A stretch of DNA of 63,963 nt, the filler included, from Octopus bimaculoides (Eukaryota): the NCBI RefSeq assembly GCF_001194135.2. It is 6 parts of 5 records of this genome, joined end to end, with 100 filler letters (N's around TTAATTAATTAA, not from the genome) between each part and the next. Parts side by side here need not be neighbours in the genome. Positions count along the whole stretch, not along the records: positions 1 to 17,776 come from NC_068989.1; 5 more parts are not named here. One strand, given 5' to 3'. Position numbers and translations under genes: made by a program. The first letter of the stretch is position 1; each line of letters begins with the position of its first letter. The notes under the pieces are model-generated. The model saw only the letters and a list, made by a program, of their open reading frames with translations. It made no database searches and had not been told where the DNA came from. Positions 1 through 11,186 of this stretch are shown here, one piece after another.

Positions 1-59
1 TTGTCAAGCAATGCTAGGGGGACAAACACACACATATACATATATATATATACATATAT

Positions 60-222
60 ACGACGGGCTTCTTTCAGTTTCCGTCTACCAAATCCACTCA
101 CAAGGCTTTGGTCGGCCTGAGGCTATATTAGAAGACATTTGCCCATGATGCCACACATTGGGACTGAACCCGGAACCATGTGGTTGGTAAGCAAGCTACT
201 TACCACACAGCCACTCCTGCGC
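60..222 (-). mobile_element. tRNA-derived SINE, family A head
   Basis: Minus strand GGCGCAGGAGTGGCTGTGTGGTAAGTAGCTTGC...GGTTCAGTCCC has A-box-like and B-box-like motifs. Near-identical copy at 56209-56373. Confidence 0.85.
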
Positions 223-1025
223 CTATATATATATAAGTTCAAAAAAAGACAAAAAACAATAACAAAAAACAACAACGTGAGGATGTGATACGGATAGTGT
301 TATTAGACGCTCGAGAAAGGAAAGATATATATATATATATATANNNNNNNNNNNNNNNNNNNNNNNNNNNNNNNNNNNNNNNNNNNNNNNNNNNNNNNNN
401 NNNNNNNNNNNNNNNNNNNNNNNNNNNNNNNNNNNNNNNNNNNNNNNNNNNNNNNNNNNNNNNNNNNNNNNNNNNNNNNNNNNNNNNNNNNNNNNNNNNN
501 NNNNNNNNNNNNNNNNNNNNNNNNNNNNNNNNNNNNNNNNNNNNNNNNNNNNNNNNNNNNNNNNNNNNNNNNNNNNNNNNNNNNNNNNNNNNNNNNNNNN
601 NNNNNNNNNNNNNNNNNNNNNNNNNNNNNNNNNNNNNNNNNNNNNNNNNNNNNNNNNNNNNNNNNNNNNNNNNNNNNNNNNNNNNNNNNNNNNNNNNNNN
701 NNNNNNNNNNNNNNNNNNNNNNNNNNNNNNNNNNNNNNNNNNNNNNNNNNNNNNNNNNNNNNNNNNNNNNNNNNNNNNNNNNNNNNNNNNNNNNNNNNNN
801 NNNNNNNNNNNNNNNNNNNNNNNNNNNNNNNNNNNNNNNNNNNNNNNNNNNNNNNNNNNNNNNNNNNNNNNNNNNNNNNNNNNNNNNNNNNNNNNNNNNN
901 NNNNNNNNNNNNNNNNNNNNNNNNNNNNNNNNCTGTAACCTCACCAACTTATCTTGATCTTTCATAATGGCATGAAACAAAGACAAGACATTATGGATGC
1001 TGCTCCCCTCTTCATTCTTAGACTT

Positions 1026-1111
<86 letters not shown>

Positions 1112-2217
1112 ATGTTTATGTATGCATTATATAATTGAATAAATAAATAAAACCCGAAAAAGTCAACTTCATTAGGACACCCTTCGTTCTGTTTTATAGA
1201 AAGATGATTCGTATATCGATCAGATATTTGTATATTCTTATCAATCATTTTTGTCATTACCAATGTCATGCTATGGCTCCGCAAATTATATTCTATTATT
1301 GAGTTAGTCGCCACTGAGGATATATCACAGCAGACATATGTTTCATGAGGTTAACCTCAGAATTATCAAGAATAAATAGATTATATCGCCAACTTCAAAT
1401 ACATGAAACCAGTTGAAAGCTGAAGAATCAATTATATGAAACATTGTTCAAACAATGAAAGAAATAAGAGACCATGTTTGTCAAAAGGAACTTACACTGG
1501 TAAACACATCAACAGATAAACTGTTTTCCTTGTCGTTCTTATATTTGGCAAACGCTGCCCCCTATCTCGGAAATGATGCTATCATCAATGGAGAAAATTC
1601 CATGAATTTGAATTACACATTTAAAAAGCTGAGTCTGTGCCAGAAACAAGTATATAATAGAATATCGTGAAAGGAACTAATAAACAGCATTACATTCTCC
1701 TCATACAATAATACACTGGATGGATGCAGTCATGGCTGTACGGCTAGGAAATTTTCTTTATAGTCACAAGATCCTGAGTTCAATTCCACTGTGTGTTATC
1801 TTTGGCAAATTTTTTTAACCTTAATCCTAACCTTATCAAACACTGCTTAAATTGTTCTCCTATACTCACTAATAGTCAAACTCTTCCTCACTTGATATCC
1901 TTATTTAATTTTTTATTTCAGAATTGTCTCCCTTTCATTTCTCAACAAAAATTATCATTAACACTAATGATTTTTTTTCTTTTCATTGTGGATGGATTGG
2001 GATTTTGTTTCCATTCACTATGTTACGTATCATACTTCACTTGAGTACGCTATGAATATGTGCATGTAAGGATGCGTCTGTCTGAGTTTCTGTATGTGTG
2101 TGTGTGTGTGTGTATAAATATACTTGTACATATGTGTGTGTTTGTATATATTTATTTGCATGTATAGGTCTACTTTTACTTTTGTTAAGTACTTAAACCT
2201 GTGTATGGCAAGAAGTG

Positions 2218-2587
2218 AGCATCATCATCATCATCATTTAATGTCCGTTGTCCATGCTGGCATGGGTTGGGCGGCTTGACCAGGGCTGTACCAGTCTCCA
2301 GTCTGATTTGGCATGGTTTCTATGGCTTGATGCCATTTCTAACAACAACTACTCCAAGAGTATAATGGTTGCTTTTGGGTGCCACTGCCACAGGTGCCAT
2401 TGCCACAGGTGCCAATTGCATGACACCAATGTCTGTTATGACTATGATTTCATTTGGTTTGATGGGTCTTCCTTCTCAAGCACGGCTATTTTGCCAAAGG
2501 TTTCGATCATTCGTCATTGCCTCCATGGGGCCCAACGCTCTCAAAAGGTGCTTTTTACATTCTGCCTGCATGGGCCATAAGTCAGGT
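2218..2587 (-). mobile_element. RTE-type LINE 3' fragment with (TGA)n tail
   Basis: (CAT)n-TTTAATGTCCG...CCATGCTGGCATGGGTTGG is the reverse complement of the RTE 3' end at 7990-8035 and 16700-16742. The 2510-2560 segment matches the 3145-3200 fragment. The upper boundary (2560-2587) is uncertain. Confidence 0.75.
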
Positions 2588-2761
2588 GGGTCTCATTAGA
2601 TGGAATACAGGATCTATTTTGTTCATGGTACTCAAAAGATTTACATCCTGGAATTTGAAGGCAAGCACGGTCACACGCCTCTAAGCTGATTCCTTTAATC
2701 CGATCAAATGTATCATGGCCTGGTATGGCAGTTCTTTTTAATGCTAAAAGATCATCATCGG
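2559..2761 (-). CDS. Exon encoding a PAN/Apple domain, probably truncated by the RTE insertion
   Basis: Long polypyrimidine tract plus TTTCTAG acceptor (AG at 2763-2762). Translates to DDDLLALKRTAIPGHDTFDRIKGISLEACDRACLQIPGCKSFEYHEQNRSCIPSNETH, with the C-x3-C...C-x-SF-x-Y...C spacing typical of PAN domains. A possible donor GTAAAA lies at 2558; otherwise there is an in-frame stop shortly after. Confidence 0.65.
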
Positions 2762-3589
2762 CTAGAAAGAAAAGAAAGGGAAAAAAGAACAAGAAAGACA
2801 TTTTATATTCACACATGCATATTAAATATTATATAGCATCTGTCGCATAATTTGTTTTAAATGATGACAATGACGATGACGATGATGGTGATGATGACAA
2901 TAATGATGACAATGATGAATGTGAGCCTCCTTCTCATCATCATTATTGAACGTTCATTTTTCCATGCTGGCATGGGTTTGGCATACCTGCATTATAAACA
3001 AATAATTGATCTACAAAATGACAACTTAGAATTCATGTGAATGTAAAACATCTTCAGGTTAATTTGGAGACAGAATAAACACTTATGATGATTCAAAGTG
3101 AGAAACACAAAGGTTGTGGTCAATGAAGAGAGTAGAGGTGATACCATCCAGATTGCCTCTGTGAGGCCCAATGCTTGAAAGGTGCTTTCTATGTGCCACC
3201 AGCACAGGTGCCAGTTACGTGACTCTGGCATCTATATATATATAGAGACACATCTGTTGGTTGTGTTTCTGTATATGCATGTCCATATATGCATATGTAA
3301 GTATGTGTATGTGTGTGAGAGAGAGAGAGTGTGTGTGTGTGTATGTGTGTGTGTGTGTGTAGTGATGTACACTTGGTACTACACTGCATAAACAATACTG
3401 CAAGACCTACAGGAACTTACATACTAATGTGTTTATCTGAGGAAATACATGGTCTGATCGATAAGTATCTGGACTGTTGCCATAGTAATGAAGAGAAAGC
3501 ACACAGAGTGAAGCTGCTTGGCTCAGATCGACCTTGAACTCTGCTGTGTCTGTGCACTAAGTTTCAACATTCTAGCTCACTTCCGCTGT

Positions 3590-3725
3590 TTACAGCAATG
3601 CTTGGAAGTCACACGTGTAGCATGTGTTCATCACATTGACCACGAGAGAGGAAGTTGAGCATAGAATCTGCATCAAATTTTGCCAAGGGCTTGGCAATAC
3701 CTGCTCAGAGGCCTACGCAAAGTTT
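3590..3725 (+). mobile_element. mariner transposase N-terminal remnant
   Basis: EHRICIKFCQGLGNTCSEAYAK resembles the mariner N-terminal HTH start (EQRxCIKFCxxLGxT). Confidence 0.6.
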
Positions 3726-5081
3726 TCATCATTCTTGACACAATCAAGGAGATCTCGTGCAACCAAAACTCGAGGACCTTCATGTATTTATTGCAGGACA
3801 CTGATGAGGTAAAGCACATGGTAGTCTAATGTTTCTACTAATGTTACATGATCATTTTAACATTTTATTGAAACACATGTACGTCCTAGAAAGTACTGAA
3901 TACCACACCAGTATTTTGCTTGTTATTGTTATACGTATTTACACACACACACACACACACACCTCTACACATACATTGAGTTTGTTTAATTCCTTGGTTT
4001 GCGTTTTGTTATGCTAAATATTGCAGGAAAAGAATCTCCAGAGAAATTTCTTAGACAATTTCTATTAACAAAAGCAAACACAAAAGACTGGAATTCTTTT
4101 GAGATGATTTTTTTTTGCTTGGGGATTCACAATGTAGTGCAATGTGTTGTTGTCAAGAACAAGACATCAATTATGGATTTGAACGATGATTTGACACAAG
4201 GGGATTACCTTTGTATGATTTTTTTTTTTTTTTGTTCTAACCACAAAATTTTATGTTTAACATTTATAATAAATTTGACACAGTATTTTCTTGACCAGAG
4301 TGTATATATTTATATGCCATGTTGAAATCTATGCTGATTGGCATAAACATTCTGCTGACTTAGTAAACAATGTTGTTATGAGTCAAACAACACCTTTCGT
4401 TGTATGTGTTTAACCTTTTTTGTTAGAATATTTCCGTTGACATATTCAGCTTTTGTTTCAAATGATTTAAGCATAAAATGAGGAATTTGATAAAATAATT
4501 TTGTTCTTATTAAGTTGTGCTAGGATCAAATTGACTTGAAACTTTGATCGAAGGTTTTGAGGTCATTTTAACTCTTTAAGTGCTGAGCACATTCTCTATA
4601 TAATCCTCCCAGCCTTGTTATAAACTAGAAATTTGTATGAAATGTAGGTGGTCTAGTATAAAAATCATGAGCATATAGCCATTGCATGAATTTTGATAGA
4701 ATTTTCTGATACAATAATCATTTTTGTATATTGAGAAGTGTTGTCATATCATTGTCAACTGCTGAGGTTGGTTAAAGAAAGTTCAGTTGATTAAATTTTG
4801 GTGTGTTCACATATGTTGACAAGAAGTTGTACAATACTCATTAGAAAAAGACATTGAGATCCGACATCTTCCTCTCTTTCAGTCAAAGAGTTTCTAAAGT
4901 CCAGCAAATAATTACCATTTACTCTGTGAAATAAGTATTTTCTCACAAACCCAGCAACATGCAGAGACATTGTATTGAAAATATATCAGTGAATTTATAA
5001 TACCGTTCTATATTTAAGGGATGAGGGATTATGTACATTATTTACAATTGACGGATATTTGTCCTCATCTTGTTTGTTGTT

Positions 5082-5127
5082 AACACAATGTTTCGGCTGA
5101 TATACCCTCCAGCCTTCATCAGGTGTC
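5082..5127 (-). ncRNA. Minimal type I hammerhead ribozyme motif with one stem III mismatch
   Basis: GACAC-CUGAUGA-A-GGCUG-GAGGGUAUAU-CAGCC-GAAAC-AUU-GUGUU. Stem I is GACAC/GUGUU, stem II is GGCUG/CAGCC, and both core boxes are intact. AUU replaces GUU, giving a C-A mismatch in stem III. Confidence 0.7.
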
Positions 5128-5176
5128 TTGGGGAAATTTCTAACCCCAAGATTCCAAGTTCGATTCCAGGCAGTGA

Positions 5177-5218
<42 letters not shown>

Positions 5219-5276
5219 TAATAATAACATCGAAAAATACCTTAGGAATGAGAACCCAGGTTTGAAATTTCCCCAA

Positions 5277-5319
5277 GACACCTAATGAAGGTTGGAGGGT
5301 ATATCAGCCAAAATGTGTT
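5277..5319 (+). ncRNA. Degenerate hammerhead motif, second arm
   Basis: GACAC-CUAAUGA-A-GGUUG...CAGCC-AAAAU-GUGUU. Both core boxes are mutated, so it is presumed inactive. Confidence 0.55.
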
Positions 5320-5700
5320 AACAACAAACAAGATGAGGACAAATATCCATCAATTGTAAATAATGTAAACAATGTACAGTAAATTTATGTTGTTTTTTTT
5401 ACCTTTAATCCTTACCATTCATTAGCAAAAAAGCATTGATGCAGTATCAAGTCTATTTCTGCTCAGAATCAATAAATCCTGATGCGAGGAAGCAAGTAAA
5501 AGATAAAAGATTACTGGCTCTTGTGAGCCACATTAGCAATTTATTGGCTGTAGTAAACCTTCAGGTAGAGCTGCTGCATGGTACACAGTAACCACTCACT
5601 CAGCTTCTTGATTTGTCAAGCTTCACATGTGCCAAACATGTTTGTAGAAAATGAAGCAACAATCGTTCTGGAATAAATTGATGTATATAACCAAAATCTA

Positions 5701-5920
5701 TTAACTCTTTTGCTACCAGATTTCTGTTAAAGTATGCAGCTTTTGTTTTAATTAATTTTGAAAATAATAAAGAATTTAGCATAATGACTGAGTGATTATT
5801 CAGCTGGAGTTTGGAACATAAATGAACATGAAAATTTCATGGACAGTTTTAATGGAGGTCACTTTAAAACCGGAAGTTTGTATCATAGAACCAGAGGCAG
5901 TCTCAGACTGGTCGGTGACA
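5701..5920. mobile_element. piggyBac-like non-autonomous element, decayed
   Basis: Starts TTAACTCTTTTGCTACC (TTAA plus piggyBac-like terminus) with an AT-rich non-coding interior. The opposite terminus is eroded. Confidence 0.4.
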
Positions 5921-6264
5921 TTACTGTAATTAGTCACTTAAAAGTATTTCTAATAAATATTTTCAAAATGAATCGATAAATATAACTTATAGTAAACATT
6001 TTCAGAAAGACAATAATGAAGATGGTGGTGATTGGAACGAGCATCAGGTATGGTATTTGGGAATAAATGAAAGTGTGTGTGTGTGTGTGTGTGTGAAGTC
6101 ATGTTTCCAGAAAAATTCTTCGTTTCCCTTCTTCTCTCTTCTTCTATTGATTTATGCCCTAATTGTCGGTGCCAACTTTGTCGCATAGAATCACAGTAAT
6201 TCAACCTCAGGTGTTTGCAATCAGGATATGTGTCTCACAGCATACAAACAAAATCACGACCATC

Positions 6265-6665
6265 ATAGGTGCAGGTAGAGTTGTGGGGTTAAGGAGATTC
6301 CATAGCAACCCCCTCTTTTGGGGTTCATTCCCACCACATGGCACTTTCAGCTGGTCTTTTCTGCTATAACCTCAAGCTAACCAATGCCTTGTGAGTGAAT
6401 TTGGTAGATGAAAATTTTACCGAAGCATGTTGTATGTAGATATATATTTATACATGTGTATGTGTGTGGTTCTGGTGTTTGCCACTTGACAACAGGTGTT
6501 AGTTTGTTTTCATCCACCATAACTTAGCTGTTGGGTGAAGGAGATGAATGGAATAAGCAACAAGCAGACTTTGAAAGAAAACGGTTCTGGGGTTTGACCA
6601 AGTAAACTGTTGAAGGTGGTTCCGCAGCTGCAGTTCAGTGTCTGAAAAACAAGTGAAAGAGAAGA
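6265..6665 (+). mobile_element. Composite SINE A (tRNA head + TA/TG microsatellite + tail), diverged
   Basis: Head resembles 60-222; tail (CATAACTTAGCTGTT...GAATAAG...GGTGGTTCC...CTGAAAAACAAG) resembles 55960-56150 in reverse. Confidence 0.65.
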
Positions 6666-7173
6666 CGTGAAAAGAAAGCATTTCCTAAGAATTCTGTTGA
6701 TACGATTGATAACATTGTTTCAATGAGAGAACTATTGAAAAAGAGATTAGAGCTAGATATATGTCACAAGTTAATACTAATACATCAAAGTTAAGAGTAT
6801 TATCAATAAGTAACATGATATTGTGGACGAAGGAAGTTAAGAAACAATGACTTTACTCACTAAACTAACCAACTGAATTAATTTCATTCTATCATTTCTT
6901 CAATGATTTCCATTCAGGAAAGAATAACAAAAAAAAATCCAACTTTTTTCTTGAATCAATCCATTGTTTTCTCAACATTTATCAATTATTCAATATTTCT
7001 CCAGAACTTTAGGTTTTCTTTCTTTCAAGAAAGAAAAAAACTTAAAGCAGAAATTTACCCAAACCACAGTTTGATAAGTCCAAAATATCACAAAAGGGAC
7101 GAATTCAGTATAAATACTTGTTTGTTTTTTTTTTGTGTAAGTGTATGTGCATGAGTTTGTGTGCGTGCGTGTG

Positions 7174-7269
<96 letters not shown>

Positions 7270-7302
7270 TGTGCATATGTATATCCATATGTTTATATAC
7301 AC

Positions 7303-8035
7303 ATATGGAGAGCTCCTACTTTTGCTGGCAATCTCAGAGTGAAAGGCAAATTGTTTGATGCCTCTGTGTGAACAGCTATGCTACATGGCAGTGAAACGTG
7401 GGCTGCGACAGCCAAGAACATATGTAGGCGTAAAAGAAATGAAGCCAGTATGCTTTGCTGGCTGTGCATGTTTGACAGTGTGTAAGCATCTTGAGAAAAA
7501 AGTTGTACATAGGAGGCATCAGATGAGGTATGCAAGAGAGAGACAACTATGCTGGTATGGTCATGTGATGCATATGGACAAGGACAGCAGTGTAATAAGT
7601 GCCAGTCTCTAACCATAGCAGGAGCCTGAGGTAGACCCAGGAAGACATAAGACAAGGTGGTGAAGCATGGTCTTCAACCCTTGGGCCTCACAGAGGCAAT
7701 GACAAGTGACTGAGACCTTTGGTGATATGCAGTGCTTGAGAAGACCCGTCAAGTGAAATTGTAGTCATGGCTGATGTTCGTGTCGCGGAACTGGCACCCA
7801 TGCCAGTGCCACGTAAAGTGCACTTGTACCAGTGATGCATAAATGCACCGATGCCAGTGGCACATAAATAGCACCCAGTCCACACTCTGTAAAGTGGTTG
7901 GCATTAGGAAGGGCACCCAGTTGTAGAAACCATGTTACAACAGTCAATTTGGAGTCTGGACAGTTATGGAGCTGGTCAGCTCCTGTCAAACTGTCGAACC
8001 CATGCCAGCATGGTAAATGGACATTAACTGATCAT
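7303..8035 (+). mobile_element. RTE LINE 3' end (thumb/C-terminus and 3' UTR)
   Basis: Frameshifted LRVKGKLFDA...MLHGSETWA... and LCWYGHVMHMD motifs, typical of the RTE C-terminal region. Ends CCCATGCCAGCATGG...TTAACTGATCATGAT. Confidence 0.8.
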
Positions 8036-9872
8036 GATTATCATGATTATCATGATTATAATTATTCTATTTTATAAAAAAAAAAATTAAAAAAAACAAA
8101 AACAAATGTAAGAAATAATACAATTCATTGATTTGTAATTTTACTTTGTATTTCTATGCTTCAAAATCAGAAGTCCTTTTCCAGGAAATATTTGGAAAAG
8201 CTAAAAGTACAAACCATCAACCAGTATAATTTCTTATAACTGACACTGACTTAATAAGAAAAAATAATGGTAAAAACATTTATATACATCAGAAAATTCT
8301 TCATGCAACATATACCACTCTAATATATATATATATATATACATATATATGTATATAGAGACAAATATATGAGTGCCTATTTTACTAGATTCATAGTTGA
8401 CTATCTATATATAGATGGTGTGTGTGTGTGTGTGTGTGTGTGTATAGTTTTGTATATGTAAGTATGCATGATGGAAAACAAGAGAATCAATGTGAAATAT
8501 TGTTTAGCGAAGGAAGCATAAATATATGACTGAACTAATGCATGTGGAGAACATTTGGAACAAATTGCAGCAACCAGTGAAGTGACATGGTGGCATGGCA
8601 CAGCAAGGAAGATAGGGAAGCAAACATTGATTCCTCGTGAGGTGGTGGTGCATGGTAGTGGGAAAGAACAAGCCATTATAAAGTTAATCATGTGGCCTCT
8701 TGAGCTGCCTTGGAGAGCAAAATAATGTGTAAAAGTTATTTTGAAAAATCATTTGAAACCTTTTTTTGTCAGTTAAGTGTAGACTGGACTTGGAGATGAA
8801 ACAAACTAAATTTTTGAAGCCTGGCAAAGATACTTTGAGAAATAATGGTAATAAATCAAAGTAGGAAGCCAGCAAATGTCCATGGGATTCTCACCATCAA
8901 TTGGATGGTAAAAAAAAAAACAGAGATGCGTCAGTGTTCTGTATAGTTCACTTACACACTCACACGTGCACACACACACACACACACTGCACATGCATAT
9001 TCACTTGAGTATGTTTATGCGTGTGTGTGTGTGTATGCATGTATGTATGTACAAGCATATTCCCTCACATGCAGACATACATACATACACACACACATAC
9101 ATATATATGGGTGTGTGTGTGTATAATATCTATATCTATCTTTCTCTTCCCCCCGCTCTCTCTCTCTCACTGATATATTGCTTTTCACTTTAGAAAAAAC
9201 TGGATATTTCAGTGAAGCACAATCGTGTGTTGGTGTTTGTGTATATTTTGCTTATACAGTTAGTTGTATAGTAATCCACATGAACAGTGAAGATGCAGAG
9301 GGGGAGGAGGAGAAGAAGAAGGAGGAATAAAGGAAAAAAATAGCAGACACAATATAACACCAATGCCACAGTTCTGTTGTTTTTGTGATTGTTGTTGTTG
9401 TTGTAGGAAATCTGTCTCTACTTTCTATATTGTCTGTGTGTCCAATCAAGTCATTATATTGTTAGGAGCAGTGATGTCCTTTAGTTGTTTGATCAAACGA
9501 TCAGACACTTCAGTTTAATGCACATTATTATTATTATCATTACTACCACTACTACGACTACTACTACTACATAAACACAGACACCTCTTATACGTTCTAT
9601 AATGTTCTGTAATGAGTAACATTTGAAACCAAACAAAATAACAAACGAAAACACAAACACACACAAAAAGGAAAAACCAACTAAAGAGAATAACTGATTA
9701 TGTAGTTTTTTTTTTTATGAGGAATGGCTGGTTTCATTGTCCAGCTCTTTGGTGACTTGACTTAATCCATAATAACTTCAAATACTATCGGTAACCATCT
9801 TGGTGGGTTTTGAAGTCCCCCACCGATGCATTATGAGTGGGATTTCATTGGTAGAAATTGTGCTGAAACCAC

Positions 9873-9934
<62 letters not shown>

Positions 9935-9949
9935 ATGTGTGTGCGTGTG

Positions 9950-10320
9950 TTTACGTAGGCAGGCATGGTTGTGTGGAAAGAACTTCGCTCCCCCACTACA
10001 TGGTTCCAAGTTCAGTTCCAGTGTCTCAGGTTTCTTCTATTACAGCCATGGGGTAACCCAAGCCTTATGAGTGGATTTCGTAGAAGGAAATTGAAAGAAG
10101 CCCATCGTATATATATATATATTTGTGTGTGTGTGTTTGTGTTGATGTTCGTGTTGGTGTGTTTAGGTCCCAGTAACTTAGCAGGTCAACAAAAGGGACT
10201 GATGGAATAAGTATCAGGCTTAAAAAAATAAGTATTGGGGTTGATTTGTTTGGTTAGAGTTCTTCAAGGTGTTGCTCCAGTATGGCTACAGTCTAAGGAC
10301 TAAAACAAGTAAAAGATAAA
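9950..10320 (+). mobile_element. Composite SINE A
   Basis: tRNA-like head (B-box-like GTTCAGTTCC), GAAAGAAGCCCATCG, (TA)(TG)n, then tail GTAACTTAGC...GGAATAAGTA...GACTAAAACAAGTAAAAG. Confidence 0.75.
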
Positions 10321-11136
10321 AGATGTAGAATGAAAGGAATGAAGAAAGGAAAAAGACGCATGTGTGTGTGCGAATATATATGTAGAAAGAGAGAGAGATG
10401 GAAGCAGTTTTTATACTAAGAAGTAATGTTTATCTCCACCTGTACGTGGATGTTCTATAAGAATAGATGATGATGCTATTTTAACCCCAGGAGGATGCCA
10501 GGTTATTCAGTGCACTTTGAACTCTACATATTACAAGCAGGGAGAAAACTCGCTACTATCTTAGCTCAGAGACTACCATATCATGCGATTGTGATCTTAA
10601 TTGATCATCCTGTCTGCAAGGAGCCCAGCTTGCAATATATAGAAAAACAGTGTCACACAGTCACTGGTTTTGCAAGAAGCAAACGACTTCATTTAGAAAA
10701 TCTCTATTAAAGAGGGAAGCAGTATTTAAACTGAGAAATAATGTTTATCACAACCTAATCATGGCTGTTCTATAAGAACAAATTGATACTGTCATTTTGA
10801 TTCCAGGAGAACACTTCCTCCAGCTGCTTATTCAGTTATTGCCTAAGTAATTTGCATGATTTTCAACAGAAATGAGCTGTTGCAACAAGTTATGGAAATG
10901 TCCAAATTTGGGGAAAAAAATCCTCAAAATAAATCTTTTTTTATTCTATAATAACCCAAAAAATAAAGAAAGAAAGAAAAGCCAAAAATTGTATTAACTC
11001 TAAAGAAAAATTGTTTGATAGTTAACTGAATCACTATTTCAAAATATATTTTGTTGATATATTCACTGTAGCAGCTAGACAGCTAGGTTGATAATATAAT
11101 GCACCCACACTCACACACATACAAACACACACACAC

Positions 11137-11186
<50 letters not shown>

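Larger units (their letters stand above)
4998..5378. mobile_element. tRNA-head / (AAT)n / hammerhead short retroposon with an inverted copy of its 3' part at the 5' side
   Basis: Inverted arms at about 5034-5140 and 5264-5367. The spacer carries a tRNA-like 3' half with B box GTTCGATTCC (5158-5167) followed by (AAT)n. Confidence 0.75.

Noticed and set aside
1496-1634. Apparent downstream exon with CACAG acceptor and GTAAGT donor on minus
   Set aside because: Counting the 5-G run gives an in-frame stop (EIGGSVCQI*), and the other frames also stop.
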